From Octopus vulgaris (lineage: Eukaryota), in contig OX597816.1 in assembly GCA_951406725.2 (NCBI GenBank), forward strand, positions 53,630,001-53,694,000: a stretch of DNA of 64,000 bases, given 5' to 3'. The notes under the pieces were generated by a model that made no database searches, was not told where the DNA came from, and was given only the letters and a program-made list of their open reading frames with translations. Made by a program: the position numbers and the translations under genes. Positions 13,698 to 27,322 of the stretch are shown piece by piece (the stretch's first letter is position 1; every line of letters begins with the position of its first letter).

Positions 13698-13910
13698 ACA
13701 TGAGGAAGTGGTGAAAAGTTCCTGGCTTTGAATAAAATAAAATATAGGAGGATCAGTTAATTGTGATTTTATTCAACATATTCCCCTCTCAGATTCACAC
13801 GCTTATTGCAGCAGTCCTTCAGTTTTTACAAGCTCTGTAAAAGGTTGGGCCTCCAACCAGCACTTTCACAATACCCTTAAAACCTGGTACTTCGCAGCAC
13901 CCCATGGTAC
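13698..13910. mobile_element. Mariner-type MITE (diverged)
   Basis: Reverse-orientation homologue of 14967-15188; TGAAAAGTTCCTGGCTTT terminal motif. Confidence 0.6.
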
Positions 13911-14054
13911 ATATATGATGCTTGCCTCATCTTCTCAGATGAAAGCTATCTCACATAAGTGAGACATCTTTACATCATTGGATTTAAGTAATAAAAGTTT
14001 GCACAATACTTTTGACATTCTCTTGGTCATCACAGTAGATTCCAGAGGCAAATA

Positions 14055-14725
14055 TTCTTTTCCACGCTAAGCACAAGGCCTGAAATTTTTAGCGAGAGTG
14101 CCAGTCAATTAGATCAGCCCCAGTACCCAACTGGTACTTAATTTATAGACCCCGAAAGATAAAAGGCAAAGTCGACCTTGGCAAAATTTGAACACAGAAT
14201 ATAAAGACAGAAGAAATACCTCTAAGTATTTCACCTGGTATGCTAACGTTTCTTATTTCTTTATTGCTAAACATAGAGGAGACAAACAAGGACAGACAAA
14301 GGGATTAAGTCGATTACATTGACCCCAGTGCATAACTGGTACTGAATTTATCGACCCTGAAAGGATGAAAGGCAAAGTCGACCTCGATGGAATTTGAACT
14401 CAGAACGTAACGGCAGACAAAATACCTATTTCATTATTACCCACAGGGGGCTAAACATAGAGGGGACAAACAAGGACAGACATAGGTATTAAGTCGATTA
14501 CATCGACACCAGTGAGTAGCTGGTACTTAATTTATCGACCCCGAAAGGATGAAAGGCAAAGTCGACCTCAGCGGAATTTGAACTCACAATGTTGCGCCAG
14601 ACGAAATACCGCTAAGCATTTCGCCCAGCATGCTAACGTTTCTGCCAGCTCGCCGCCTTAGTGGCAGACAAAATACCGCTAAGCATTTTGCCCGGCATGC
14701 TACTGTTTCTGCCAGTTCACTGCCT
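14055..14725 (-). mobile_element. SINE family B, tandem multimer (three cores plus duplicated head)
   Basis: Three repeats of CCCCAGT..CTGGTACT..ATCGACCCCGAAAGGATGAAAGGCAAAGTCGACCT. Confidence 0.75.
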
Positions 14726-14966
14726 TTCCAGTGACAATTATTGCAAGATGACTGATATTACTTTGGCCGCAAGTTTTATGTCTGAGCATCGTTCTCCCTA
14801 GAAGAGCTACCCACCTCATGGTGTGCTGTGTTCTTGCGCAGAACACACCATTTCACATTGCTCTAGTCCATTCAACTGTACGTGAGTTCCATCAAAAGCT
14901 GGGAAGTTAACCCTGTGACAGATGGCATCTCATTCAGGGTGGGTGAATGGTATAATATCAGTTACT

Positions 14967-15188
14967 TACAAAGGGGTACTGAAAAGTTCTTGGCTTTAAG
15001 GGTATCGTGAAAGACTTGGTTGGAGGCCCAACCTTCTGAGTTCTTTTACAAGCCTTAGAAAAACTGAAGGACCACTGCAATAAGTATGTGAATCTGAGAG
15101 GGGAATATGCTGAATAATATAATAATTAACTGATCTTCCTGTATTTTCTTATACTGAAAGCCAGGAATTTTTCAGTACCCACCTTGTA
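14967..15188. mobile_element. Mariner-type MITE
   Basis: TA-CAAAGGGGTACTGAAAAGTTCTTGGCT ... AGCCAGGAATTTTTCAGTACCCACCTTG-TA inverted ends; partial third copy about 60415-60600. Confidence 0.7.
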
Positions 15189-16349
15189 TATGCCATAGAA
15201 AATGGATTACAAGTTCCAGGCTTCATGAGAGAACTGTTCCTTCTGTTAACTACTCTGAGTGGAGAAGATGCTTCATACACAGTAGTTAACAATAAGTATA
15301 GGTCAAAATCCCTCTAAAATTAGTGATTCTCAGTTCCACTTCCATATTTAGAACTTATTTCTCCTAATTCTTTCACCAATTCAGTTATGAGTTCCAGCAA
15401 CCCATTCCAGCAAGGAAAACAAACGTTAAATGAGGATGATGGTGGTGGGAATGCTGCTGCTGTTGTTGTTGTTGTTGTTGTTGTTGTTAAGCAACAAGAC
15501 GGGTAAGAGTGATTAGGTGATGGTCTAGGGCTTAGGGGCAGGAGACCCAAGACCTTGGAGAAAAAAAAAGCTTTGGTCGTCTTGCAGTCAAGGGCTCTTC
15601 GTTGATGCCCGACACCACTGGGAGGTGGCCCTCGAAGTCGCTGGAAACGGAGATCTCCAGGTTCAAATTCTTGAACGGCTGCTGCTGCTGGTGGTGACAG
15701 TAGCAGTGGCAGTGGTGGTGGCGTTGGCAGTGGTGGTGCTGGTGGTGATTTTGGTGGTGATGATGATGCTAACAACAACAATGATGGCGATGATGATGAT
15801 GATGATGAGCTCTTCTGTTATGGTTTGATCATTAACTGTAATAAACAATAGGGTTATGTGTATATATTATAACGTAGACTGAGTTAATGAAAGTTAAGTA
15901 TCTTGGCAATAGACAGAGCATAGTGCCAATGACAAGACTTCATATCTAACACAAATAACCATGTAAACCAATAAGTTTATGATATTATATCCAATCGGTT
16001 CCAGCAGCTGCATTTCTTGTAACATAGTAATTATCTTTGTGGCAAACAGTTTCTGAAACAAAAGTCTCAAGAACACGTGAACAATTCTTCGAAGAAATAC
16101 AAGACAAAAAAATAAAAGAATAAGAAACATAGGAGGGCTTCTGGCAAAACAGTTTCTTGAAAAAAAAAAAAAAAACCAAAAGGAAAGAAAGCTAGACTGG
16201 AGTTATTTTGACGATACAACAATTAATGATTCTGCTTATTCTGATAGACAGTAACGAGATAGGAGAGAAGTACGACAGTTACAGACTCGATATGAAAGAG
16301 AAATGAAGCAATTCTTGTAGCCATTCGATTTCATAATTATTTTCATTAC

Positions 16350-16965
16350 ATTCCTCCTCCTCCTCTTCTGCTTCCTCCTGCTCCTCATCATCATCCTCAT
16401 CAACAACAAAGCAACAGTAGCATCACTGTTACCATCAGCCACATTTTCATTGTCGTCATCATCGTTGTGTCATCATCATCATCATTGTCATCGTTGTTGT
16501 TGTTGTCATTGTCATCGTCACATTGCAGTTGTCTCATCATCATCATCATTATCGTTATCATTATGCACATCATCATCCTTATTCTCCTCATCATCATCAT
16601 CATTGTTATCGTCGTCATTATTCTCCTCCTTCTCGTTATCATCATCATTATTTTCCTCCTCTTCCACCTCCTCTTTATCATCATCGTCATCATCATCCTT
16701 ATTCTCCTCATCCTCATCATCACTATCGTCGTCATTATTCTCCTCCTTCTCATTATCATCATCATTATTCTCCTCCTCTTCCTCCTCCTCCTTATCATCA
16801 TCGTCATCATCATCATTATTCTCCTCCTCTTCCTCCTCCTCCTTATCATCATCGTCATCATCATCATTATTCTCCTCCTCCTTCTCATTATCATCATCAT
16901 TATTCTCCTCTTCCTCCTCCTCCTCCTTATCAACATCATTATTCTCCTCATCATCATCATCATTA
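16350..16965. repeat. Compound (CAT)n/(CTC)n microsatellite with higher-order units
   Basis: Blocks such as ATTATTCTCCTCCTCTTCCTCCTCCTCCTTATCATCATCGTCATCATCATC recur. Confidence 0.85.
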
Positions 16966-17144
16966 CCTACCACTATATCTGTATTAGTGCTGTCATTATT
17001 ACCACTACCTTTCAGGCAGCAGACTAGCAGAATCATTAACTGCTGGCCAAAATACTTAGCAGCATGTAGTCCATCTTTACATTCTGAGTTAAAATTTTGC
17101 CTCTCATTCTTTTCAGCTTGTGAAATGGTGAAACATGAAATAAA

Positions 17145-17306
17145 ATACATTATTTACATTTAACGGATATTTGTCCTCATTTTGTTTGTTGTTAACACAA
17201 TGTTTCAGCTGATATACCCTCCAGCCTTCATCAGGTGTCTTGGAGAAATTTTGAACCTGGGTTCTCATTCCTAAGGTATTTTTCAATGTTATTATTACTA
17301 TTATTA

Positions 17307-17360
<54 letters not shown>

Positions 17361-17395
17361 TCACTGCTTGAAATCGAACTCGGAATCTTGTGGTT
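17145..17395 (-). mobile_element. Third copy of the tRNA-hammerhead SINE-like element
   Basis: Minus: GAGTTCGATTTC B-box, (AAT)n, ACAC CTGATGA AGGCTG..CAGCT GAAA CATT GTGT at 17195-17238. Confidence 0.7.
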
Positions 17396-17442
17396 CGATT
17401 CCAGACAGTGACCTGTATAATAATAATAATAATAATAATAAT

Positions 17443-18560
17443 AAACCACAAAACTACAGACCTATAACCTGTCTCCCTACAATTTACAAAGCCTTTACTG
17501 CAATAATATCGCAGAGATTGAGCGAGCATCTGGAAGAAAACAACCTGTTTCCAGAAGAGCAGAAGATCAATAAAGCCATAACTGAAGACAGCTGCTGAAA
17601 GAAGAAAGTCCTCAGTATGGCCTGGATCAACTACCAAAAGGCTTTTGATTGTATTCCCCACACGTGGATCCTTGAAACACTAGCCAAGAACAAGGTAGCA
17701 CCAATAATTATAAGATTCATAAGACACTCTATGTATAAATGGAAGACAGTGCTACATCTCCAAACAAAAGAGGGGCTCGTAAAAACTAAAGCTATTCCCA
17801 TTAGAAGAGGAATATTCCAGGGAGACACGCTCTCTCCACTCCTTTTCTGCTTGGCACTGTCACCTCTATCTGATATGCTAAATAGAACTGGATGCGGATA
17901 TAAATGTTACGGCAAAACGATCAGCCACCTTTTATATATGGATGACCTAAAACTATACGCTACAAATGGTAAACAGCTGAAAACACTACTACAGATTTAC
18001 CAAAGAAATAGATATGAAATTTGGATTAGAAAAATATGCCAGAGCAACCCTGAAAAGAGGAAAAGTAGTTAAGAGTAGCAACATCACACTAGATAAAGCC
18101 AATGAAATAAGAGAATTAGACCAAAGCCAGACATACAAATATTTAGGAATCAATGAACTAGATACGATACAACACACACAAATGAAAAAAATAAAGAAAG
18201 AATACTATAGACGAGTTAGATCAATACTGAAAACAGAGCTCAATGCTAAAAACAAGATAATAGGTATTAACACTTTAGCCGTCCCAATTATAAGTTACAG
18301 CTACAATATCCTTAACTGGACACTAAATGAACTAACCAAAATAGACAAGAAAACAAGAAAATAATGACAGGATCTAGGATGCACCACCCAAAATCTGACA
18401 TAGAAAGGCTATATATGCAACGTATAGAAAGTGGTAGAGGCCTTATACAGCTGGAAAACTATTATAAAATAACCACCATAGGACTGCAAAAATATCTACT
18501 TCAGAAGCAAGGAAAACTAATACAGATAGCTACAAAACACAAGCAAAGCAAAAAACTGGT
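17443..18560 (+). pseudogene. R4/Dong-clade non-LTR retrotransposon reverse transcriptase fragment
   Basis: NYRPITCLPTIYK, YQKAFDCIPH, RRGIFQGDTLSPLLF, HLLYMDDLKLYA, YKYLGI, HHPKSDIERLY..R..GRGL; frameshifted; abuts a (TAA)n tract. Confidence 0.85.
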
Positions 18561-18569
18561 GGTAACGGT

Positions 18570-18966
18570 ATATATATATGGGTGATCGTTGTATTCTTTC
18601 TTGTCTTGAGGTTCACAGCCAAACGGCTGGGTGGATTTGTGTGAAAAATGGCACACATGTGGAGACGGGTGCATAGATTGGAATGTGGTTTGTATTTTTT
18701 CCTAGCATCCATACTTACCAAGAAAATCGATTAAAACTTTTCTAATGGAATTCTCCTCTTTTTTCTGCCATTAAAACGACCAGTTGCTTAGAAGCTGTTT
18801 TCTGATGGGGTGGGGTCAGGAAATTTTCATATAACTGGAGGCTCCAATCGAAACAGGGGACCCGAAATCATGAGGTTGAGAAACGCTGTTATAGATTATG
18901 CCTGACCAAAAACGATCACAGCCACATCATCCAAACAGACCGGGTAAAACCAGGCTTAGCTGCTAG
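18570..18966 (+). mobile_element. Non-autonomous Helitron-like element truncating the R4/Dong copy
   Basis: 3' end CCGGGTAAAACCAGG imperfect hairpin then CTGCTAG|T, like the 47019 end; 5' end not crisp. Confidence 0.55.
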
Positions 18967-19011
18967 TTTAATTATAAATCTCAGTTTGCGTGTGTTACTA
19001 AAATTCCTCAT

Positions 19012-20225
19012 ACGATGATGGTGTTGATGATGATGATGATATGATGATGATGATGATGATGATGATGATTATGATGATGATGACAATGATGGTGGTGGTG
19101 GTGGTGGTGATGGTAGTGGTTGAAGTAGTGGTTGAGGTGGTGGTATTGATGACGATGATGATCATGATCATGATGGTAATGATCATGATGGTGATGCTGA
19201 TGTTGATGATGATGATGTTGATGATGATGATGATGATGATGATGCTGATGACGATGATGTTGATGATGATGTCGATGATGATGATAATGGTGGTGGTGGT
19301 GGTGATGATGATGATAGCCCATAGCCAAGAGTAACAAACTTTAAATCCGTTACTAAAAGCAAACAAATATCTCTAAACCATCCTTAATGTAAGATCAGGC
19401 CCATCACTAATCACTGAAATGATGCTATAATCATTTGACAAGAACTAATTGCGAAATATGAATGTATGTACGACTGCCCCCTATAAAATCAGGTTGCAGC
19501 AAATCAATTTGTATGTTTGCCATGTATAGATTATCTCCGCACCTTATTGACGTACATAACCAAAATTATGAGGGCAGTGCTGGTGCTGGTGGTGGAGGTG
19601 CTGGAGGTGGTGGTGGTGGTGGTGGTGGTGGTGGTGGAGGTGCTATGGTGCTGGTGCTGGTGGTACTGGTGGCGCTGGTGGTAGTTGTGATGGTTGTGGT
19701 GGTTGCAGTGGTGGCTGGGATGGCAGCACTAATGGCGATGATGATGGCGGAGGCAGCAGCACAGTGGCAACAGAAGAAGTAGTTGTGGTGGTGTTGGTCG
19801 TGGTGGTGGTGGTGGTAGTGGTGATGGTGGTGGTGGTGGTGGTGGTAGCAGTGAAGGTTGATGATGATGATGATGATGGCGGCGGTGGTGGTGGTGGTGG
19901 TAGCAGTGAAGGTTGATGATGATGATGATGATGGTGGTGGTTGTGGTGGTGGTGGTGGTGGTGGTAGCAGTGAAGGTTGATGATGATGATGATGATGTTG
20001 ATGATGATGATGGTGGTGGTGGTGGTGGTGGTGGTGGTGGTGGTGGTGGTGGTGGTGGTAATGGAGGTAATGACACCAACAGCAATAGCAACAGTGGTAA
20101 CAGTGATGGTGATAATGGTGGTCATGTGGGTGGTGGTGGTGGTGGTGGTGGTGGTAGTGGTAGTGGTGGCGGCAGTAGTTGTAGTGATAGTGGTGATGGC
20201 TGTTGTTGCTGTTGTTGTTGTTATT
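19012..20225. repeat. (GAT)n/(GGT)n microsatellite fields
   Basis: Directly visible trinucleotide runs. Confidence 0.9.
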
Positions 20226-20432
20226 GAGCAGGCTGAACCGTTAACATGCTGGACAAAATGCTTAGCGGCATTTCGTCCATCCTTAGCTTCTGAGTTCAAA
20301 TTCCACCAAGGAGTCAATGAAATAAGTACCAGTTACATGCTGGGGGTGGGTCGATGTAATCGACGGTCCTCTCCCCAAAATTTCAATACATGTGCCTATA
20401 ATAGAAAGAGTTATTATTATTATTATAATTAT

Positions 20433-20511
<79 letters not shown>

Positions 20512-21529
20512 GAGCTAGTTGAATCATTAGCACACCAGACAAAATGCTTACCAGCATTTCGTCAGTCTTTACATTCTGAGTTCAAATTCCACCAGGTTGA
20601 CTTTGCTTTCCAAACATTTGGGGTCAATGGAATATGTACCAGTTGAGTTCTGGAGTTGATGTAATCGATTTGACCGCTCCCCAGACTAGCTAGATGTCTT
20701 GCAAACAACTTGCACATGCAAGTGCTACCAGTCAAGAACTCTGCATACCGGAAACCAGCAAGTGTATGGGGTCATCAGGAGAGAATGTGCACCGTTTCGG
20801 GGCCTACCTCTCAACAGCATCAATGTGCACTACCCCCACTTCACTGATATGAGGCCCCACTTGCTAGATCAACTGGTTATTAAATAAAGTTCACTATTTC
20901 TCTAGCCATTGCTCATCATCTCTTTTTAACCAAATCCAGTGGCTAGCCTTCTCCACTGTAGTTTGGATATTGGTCATGGTGGTATTGACTTTACAATGAA
21001 TTAGGCCTAATGATAACAACAGTCGTCTCACACTGTGTCCAACAAACCCTCTACATCCAACTTCGATTGGAAAATGGTCTGCTTTCCAGCCTGCATCTTC
21101 ACATTCCTCGAGGAGGTTTACATAACGGTCAATTTTTCGAGCCCGAGCAGCATCCATGTTATCTTCATGAGAAACCGTTAACTCGACTAAATTTACAACT
21201 TTCCTTCTTTCACACCACATCAAAATGTTCAGTTTTTTCGTAACTGGGATGGGAACCTTGTACCAAAATTTTCTTATCATTATAACTATTTTATTTTTTT
21301 TTTATTTACAGTGGCAAACTGGTAGAATCGTTAGCATGCCAAGCACAATGCTTAGTGGCATTCCATCTGTCTATATACAATGTGTTCAAATTCTGCCAAG
21401 GCTGACTGTGCCTTTTCATCCTTTTGAGGTCAATAAAATAAGTACCAGTTATGTGCTGAGGTCAGTGTAATTGACTAGCCCCCTCCCCCACAATTTCATG
21501 CCTTGTGTCTATAGTACAAAAGATTATCA

Positions 21530-21578
<49 letters not shown>

Positions 21579-21788
21579 GGTGGTAAGCTCGCAGGATCGT
21601 TAGCACATTGGACGAAATGCTTAGCAGTATTTCACCTATCACTACATTATGAGTTCAAATTCCGCTGAGGTTAATTTTGCCTTTCATCCTTTCGGGGTCG
21701 ATAAATTAAGTACCAGAAAACCCTACGGTTGATGTAATTGACTCATCCCCTCCCCCAATATTGCTGCCCTTGTGGCAAAATTTGAAAC

Positions 21789-21819
<31 letters not shown>

Positions 21820-21868
21820 GTTATTGTTGTTGTTGTTGTTGTTATTATTATTATTATTATTATTATTG

Positions 21869-21930
<62 letters not shown>

Positions 21931-22150
21931 GTTATTATTATTATTGTTATTATTATTATAATTGTCAAGGTAGTGAGCTGGCAGAACTGTTAGCACACCG
22001 GGCAAAATGCTAAGTGGTGTTTCATCTGTCTTTCCATTCTGAGTTCAAATTCCACCAAGGTTGACTTTACCTTTCATCCTTCCAGAGTTGATGAAATAAG
22101 TATCCCTTCCCCCAAATTTTCAGGCCTTGTGCTTTTAGTAGAAAGGATTA
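20225..22150 (+). mobile_element. Cluster of five same-orientation SINE family B copies, most with (ATT)n tails
   Basis: Heads at about 20225, 20510, 21310, 21578, 21968, each with GTTCAAATTC and AAGTA/GTACCAG core. Confidence 0.7.
20894..21240 (-). pseudogene. C-terminal restriction-like endonuclease (RLE) of an early-branching LINE, HERO/NeSL-like 3' fragment
   Basis: LVELTVSHE..ARKIDRY..PIEVGCRGF..EKASHWIWLKRDD..W. Confidence 0.75.
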
Positions 22151-22897
22151 TTATTATTATTATTATTATTAGGAGGAGGAGGAGGAGGAGGAGGGGATGG
22201 CATGAGGAGGGGAGGGGTATTGATAACGATGATGTTTGTCATGATAATGATGATGATGAGGAGGAGGAGGAGGAGGAGGAGGGGGAGAGGAAGCGGAGGA
22301 GGGTAACAATAATTATGACTACAACAACAACAACAACAGCAACCACAATACTAATGGTTATGATGGAAAAGAATTCTCTGTAAACCACTTGTTAGAATTA
22401 ATTAATCAGAGCTGAAGACACCTCTGAAATTGGGGTGGGGGCAGCCATGTCAAAATGGATGAGGAGTAGGGGCTGAAACCGGATGTGGTTCCTTCTGATG
22501 ATGTCTTGAGCTAACTGGATCCTATGAAGGAGCTGTTGTAGTAGCAGACCACTTTCAGCAATTAGAGATATAAATATTTAAACTCTGTATCATTTTTCTA
22601 TGCAGAAAACATCACTGTAAAATATACCATTGTAATATGGAATATATGACACACTGATAAAATATTTAATAATCTATCTACTAATCCATATGTCAATCTA
22701 ATTCTATCCATCTATTTGACTCTATTTATCAATATGTTTGATAGTCTGTCTATTTAACTATTTATCCATTTATGAAATTATTTGTCTATCTATCTGCTTA
22801 ATTATCTGTTTCAGATATCATATATGTACCCTACCTATCTATCTATTTATCTATTTATCTATTTATCTATTTATCTACTTATCTACCTACCTACTTA

Positions 22898-22929
<32 letters not shown>

Positions 22930-23169
22930 TCTCTTTCTCTCTTAACTGAGAAGTTAACCCCATGATAGATGTAATATCAGTTACTTACAAAGGGGTAATT
23001 CCACAAAATCATACAAGCCACAACATACAAGTAAAAAAACACCATGCCCAGAACAAGATCATACAAATGATCAAAAAAAATTAAGAAATTTACCGAAAAG
23101 ACAAATCCAAGGAACACAAACTGCAAAAATGGCCTTCTAGAGTAGCATGCCTTGATTCGTTTTTGCATT

Positions 23170-24860
23170 GTTTCTCTCTATCCACTCAGTCGAAGTCGAC
23201 TCTCGGTCACTCATTGGATCAGTGTCCTCCAGTCAGTTCTATCCTGGGCCGCTTCTTTCAGACTGGCTATGTCCATTCCGGTATCACTCTTGATGGTGTC
23301 AAGCCAGTGGGTTCTTGGTCGGCCTCTTCCTCTCTTGCCACTGACCATTCCGAGCATGATGTCCTTCTCCAGGGATTTTCTCTGCGTAATATGACCGAAA
23401 TATACCAATCTATGCTTGGTGATCCTAGCTTCTAGCGACATTTTCGGCCTGATCTGCTTAAGAACTTCTCCATTGGTGAGCCTCGCTGTCCATGGAATCC
23501 GCAAAAGTCTTCTCCAACACCAAAGCTCGAATGCATTAATTCTCTTCTGGTCAGCTTTCTTTAGTGTCCAGGTCTCACATCCATATGTTGCTATTGGGAA
23601 GACAATTGCATTCACCAATCTGCATTTGGTAGCGAGTCTGATGTCTCTACTCTTCCAGACCCTGCTCATGCTGACCATTGCCTCTCTGCCTAGAACTATC
23701 CGCCATCTTATTTCTGGAGTGCAGTCACCATCTCGATTTATTTTGGAGCCAAGGAAGATGAAATCATCAACCACTTCAATCTCTTCATTATCGATCTTGA
23801 TGCTGATGTTTGTTGTAGCTGCTGTTGACATGATCTTCATTTTCTTAACATTGAGGTACAGCCCAAATTTCTCACTCTCTTTCTTGACCAGCAGGACAAG
23901 ATCCTCCAGATCCTTACCACTCTCCACCAGCAGGGTTGTATCATCTGCATATCGAAGGTTATTAATATTTCTTCTTCCAATGCTGCTATCCTCCAGGCCT
24001 GCATTGCTCATGACCTTTTCAGCGTACATGTTGAAGGCTGCTGGTGACAGGATGCAACCTTGCCGAGTGCCTTTTCCAATCTCAAACCAATCAGTGTTGC
24101 CATATGGTGTCCGTACTGTAGCCTCTTGGTTTTGATAGAGTGATCTAATAAGCTGGACAAGGTGTAAAGGTGTTCCCATTTCCTCCAGACATTTCCATAA
24201 CTTGTCATGATCAATGCTGTCAAAGGCTTTGGAGTAATTGATGAAACAAATGTACAGCTTCTTTTGGTATTCTCTTGCCTTTTCCATAATCCACCGTAGG
24301 TCGGCGATGTGATCGCGGGTGCCTCTTCCCTTTCTGAAACCAGCTTGCACCTCTGGCAATTCTCTCTCAATAGTTGTTCAGGCACCTCTGGATGATTTTA
24401 AGGAGAATTTTGCTTACATGGGGGATCAGGGTGATGGTACTGTTGTTTGTGCAGTCCTTGGTATCTCTTTTCTTTGATATTGGGATGAAAACTGACCTCT
24501 TCCATTCCCTTGGCCACTTACAGATTCTCCATATTCGTTGGCAAAGCGATGTTAGTGTTTTTGTTGGTATTGGCTTGAGTAATTCTAGTGGAATATCATC
24601 AGTACCTGGAGCTTTTCGGTTGGCCAGCTGTTTTATTGCCCATACCACCTCATCCTCCAGGATATCTGGCTCCAGTTCCAGTTCCAGTGACTTCTCTTCT
24701 GCCTGTTCATCGAGATTGTTCCCTGCATACAACTGTACAGTGTACTCTTTCCATCTTTTCCTGATCCCTTCTTGGTCATGTAGTTCTTCACCATTTCTCC
24801 CTTGGATGGTTGCTTGTCTGGCCATGAATGCTGTACGAGTCTTCTTTACATGTTGGTCTT
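23170..24860 (-). pseudogene. RTE (BovB-like) LINE, 5'-truncated reverse transcriptase
   Basis: KAPGTD, QAGFRKGRGTRDHI, KAFDSIDH, GTRQGCILSP, NNLRYADDTTL, YGCETWT, RGRPRTHW, DRTDWR; one frameshift near 24365. Confidence 0.9.
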
Positions 24861-25157
24861 CTTTACATGTTGGTCTTCTTTACATGCATTGTTTCATTTA
24901 CATGAATTTATGAGAAATCCCATGAACAAAACGAGATTGTTTATGAAAATGGAGGCAAACACCTTTCTCCATGTGATTGGCTTGAAAAATTGTTAAGATA
25001 CTTGGATATTCTCCTACTCTTCTTAACATGAAACCAATGGTAGCCTTAATTCACAAATAAAGAAATTATCTATCCACTAGTGCGATGTCAAGTACTCATT
25101 CCAACATTCTACATTTACGTATATATATTTATCTACACTCCCCACACACACATATAT

Positions 25158-25577
25158 TACTCTTTACACTTTTACTCTTTTGCTTGTTTCAGTCATTTGA
25201 CTGTGGCCATGATGGAGCACCACCTTTAGTCGAGCAAATCAATCCCAGGACTTACTCTTTATAAGCCTAGTACTTATTCTATCGGTCTCTTTTGCCAAAC
25301 TGCTAAGTTATGGGGAAGTAAACACACCAACATCGGTTGTCAAGCGATGTTGGGGGGACAAACAAAGACACACAAACATATACACACACATACATATATA
25401 TATACACATATACGACGGGCTTCTTTCAGTTTCCGTCTACCAAATCCACTCACAAGGCTTTGGTTGGCCCGAGGCTATAGTAGAAGACACTTGCCCAAGG
25501 TGCCACACAGTGGGACTGAACCCAGAACCATGTGGTTCGTAAGCAAGCTACTTACCACACAGCCACTCCTACGCCTA
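25158..25577 (-). mobile_element. SINE family A
   Basis: Reverse complement of the full consensus. Confidence 0.85.
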
Positions 25578-26739
25578 TATATATATATCAGGGATTTAAA
25601 TGCTGGATGTGCTAGGTGGCAAATTCATTATAAATATTAACCTTACTCATTAATTTAATCACAAATCATAATGGAAAACTTTTGTTATACTCCGACTTGA
25701 AAGGAGTCCTGCACACCTCACAGTACATTGTATCATAACATGGTACCAGACATATCATAAGATAATGGAAAAATGGCAGAGGGTGTGTGACAGCTTTGAC
25801 AATACAGTTGTATGTTCATTTTCCTGGAGAGAAGTTGTACTTCTTTAAATTAATTCAAAATTCTTAAACTAAAATTTATTTAAAAAAATTTTTTTTTTTC
25901 TTACAATAACATCATATAACTATCATCTTAATTTGTTTTCAAAACTAATAATACACTTTAAGAAGTCAAAAATAAAACTTAGGTTGAATTCTGGCACTGT
26001 TAGTGCACCAAATACTACGAGTTTGGACAGTACCAGAAATACACAGCTTCTATGCCTAATTTGAGATAATACTAATGTTAGTCATAGTATGGTCAGTATG
26101 GCAGCATACCCAAAGACAACAACCACCATACACCACTGATATATATATATATATATATATAGATAGATAGATAGAAAGAGATAGATAGATAGATAACAAC
26201 AGCACAGAATTTTGTCAGTGAACAGGTCTCAGTCTCAAAGCGACGAAAATATTTTGGCAAATTAAATTTAAATGTTGAAGTGAATCTAACGGTTTTTGTG
26301 TGTTTCTGTATTTCTTAAATGGCTTATAAACACCTTCCACACTGCAATTGTTTTCGTTCAAGCACACAATCTTAGATCAGGTCACCTGCTATGCAAGTAC
26401 ATCTCCGTAATGTGTGTATATATATATATGGCTGTGTGGTTAGGGAACTTGCTTCCTAGCTACATGGTTTCGGGTTCAGTCCCACAGCATGGCATTTTGG
26501 GTAGGTGTCTTCCACTATAGCCCCGAGCCAACTGAAGCTTTGTGATTGAATTCGGTAGGCGGGAGTTACTGCCGTGTGTGTATGTGTGCATATAGCTGCT
26601 CGGTGCCTCTCCGAAAGAGAGAGAGAGAGGGATTGCTTACTTAATTACTTCCATTGCATTTATTTATCATTTTTATTATCATTGATTGTAATACAATGGT
26701 GATGACAGAGCTTTAATAGGATTTAGTAAAAAATTTTGC

Positions 26740-26950
26740 TCATCTTGGGAAAGTGTCATCTTGCTTCTGTCTTGAGACTCCATTTGATGTCCTGCAGTAG
26801 GCATTTGCTGATCTTGGGAAACTCTCGTGTCTCTTCTATATTGAAACTCCATCTGACATGCTGCAGCATGCCTTTGCTGATGTTGGAAAAGTCTCATCTC
26901 CCTTCACCCTTGAGACTCCATTTAACATGTTGCAGCATGCGTGAGACTCC
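26740..26950 (-). repeat. Degenerate ~69-bp tandem repeat, possibly a decayed Helitron N-terminal coding repeat
   Basis: (C/A)TTGA(G/A)ACTCCAT recurs at about 26771, 26840, 26910; minus strand gives Q/R/E-rich MES/MEF..R..Q repeats. Confidence 0.4.
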
Positions 26951-27322
26951 ATAAATTTAAGGGTAAATATGAAATTGTAAATACCTTGCAACCTTCCAAT
27001 TGCTGTGATAATTACGAACTGATAATTGAACAGTAAATGTGTATTTTTATATACCTTGGACCTTCCACCTAGTTGTTTTTGTCAAGTGTTTCACCTCCAG
27101 CCATTCGTTACGCCAGTCAACACACATACACTGACACACCATTCTGCTGTCATAGCAGTAAAGACAGAAAGTTGCTGATGCATAATATTGTTTACATTAG
27201 GATATAAATTATTCATTTATTTATTACAGCAAAATTAAAAGTGAAACAATAAAAGTGAAACAATATTATATGAGCAATAATAAATCTCTGAACGAGGTGT
27301 AAACAGTAACTGCCCGACAATG

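Noticed and set aside
15894-16179. Possible host exon in unique sequence
   Set aside because: No recognisable domain or convincing donor site
16400-17163. Long ORFs in several frames (acidic, His/Pro-rich, Arg-rich)
   Set aside because: Trinucleotide microsatellite open in most frames on both strands; no splice or domain evidence
18998-20513. Poly-H/M/G/T/V ORFs
   Set aside because: Translations of (GAT)n/(GGT)n repeats
23416-24913. 239-aa and 179-aa plus-strand ORFs
   Set aside because: Antisense shadows of the RTE RT ORF
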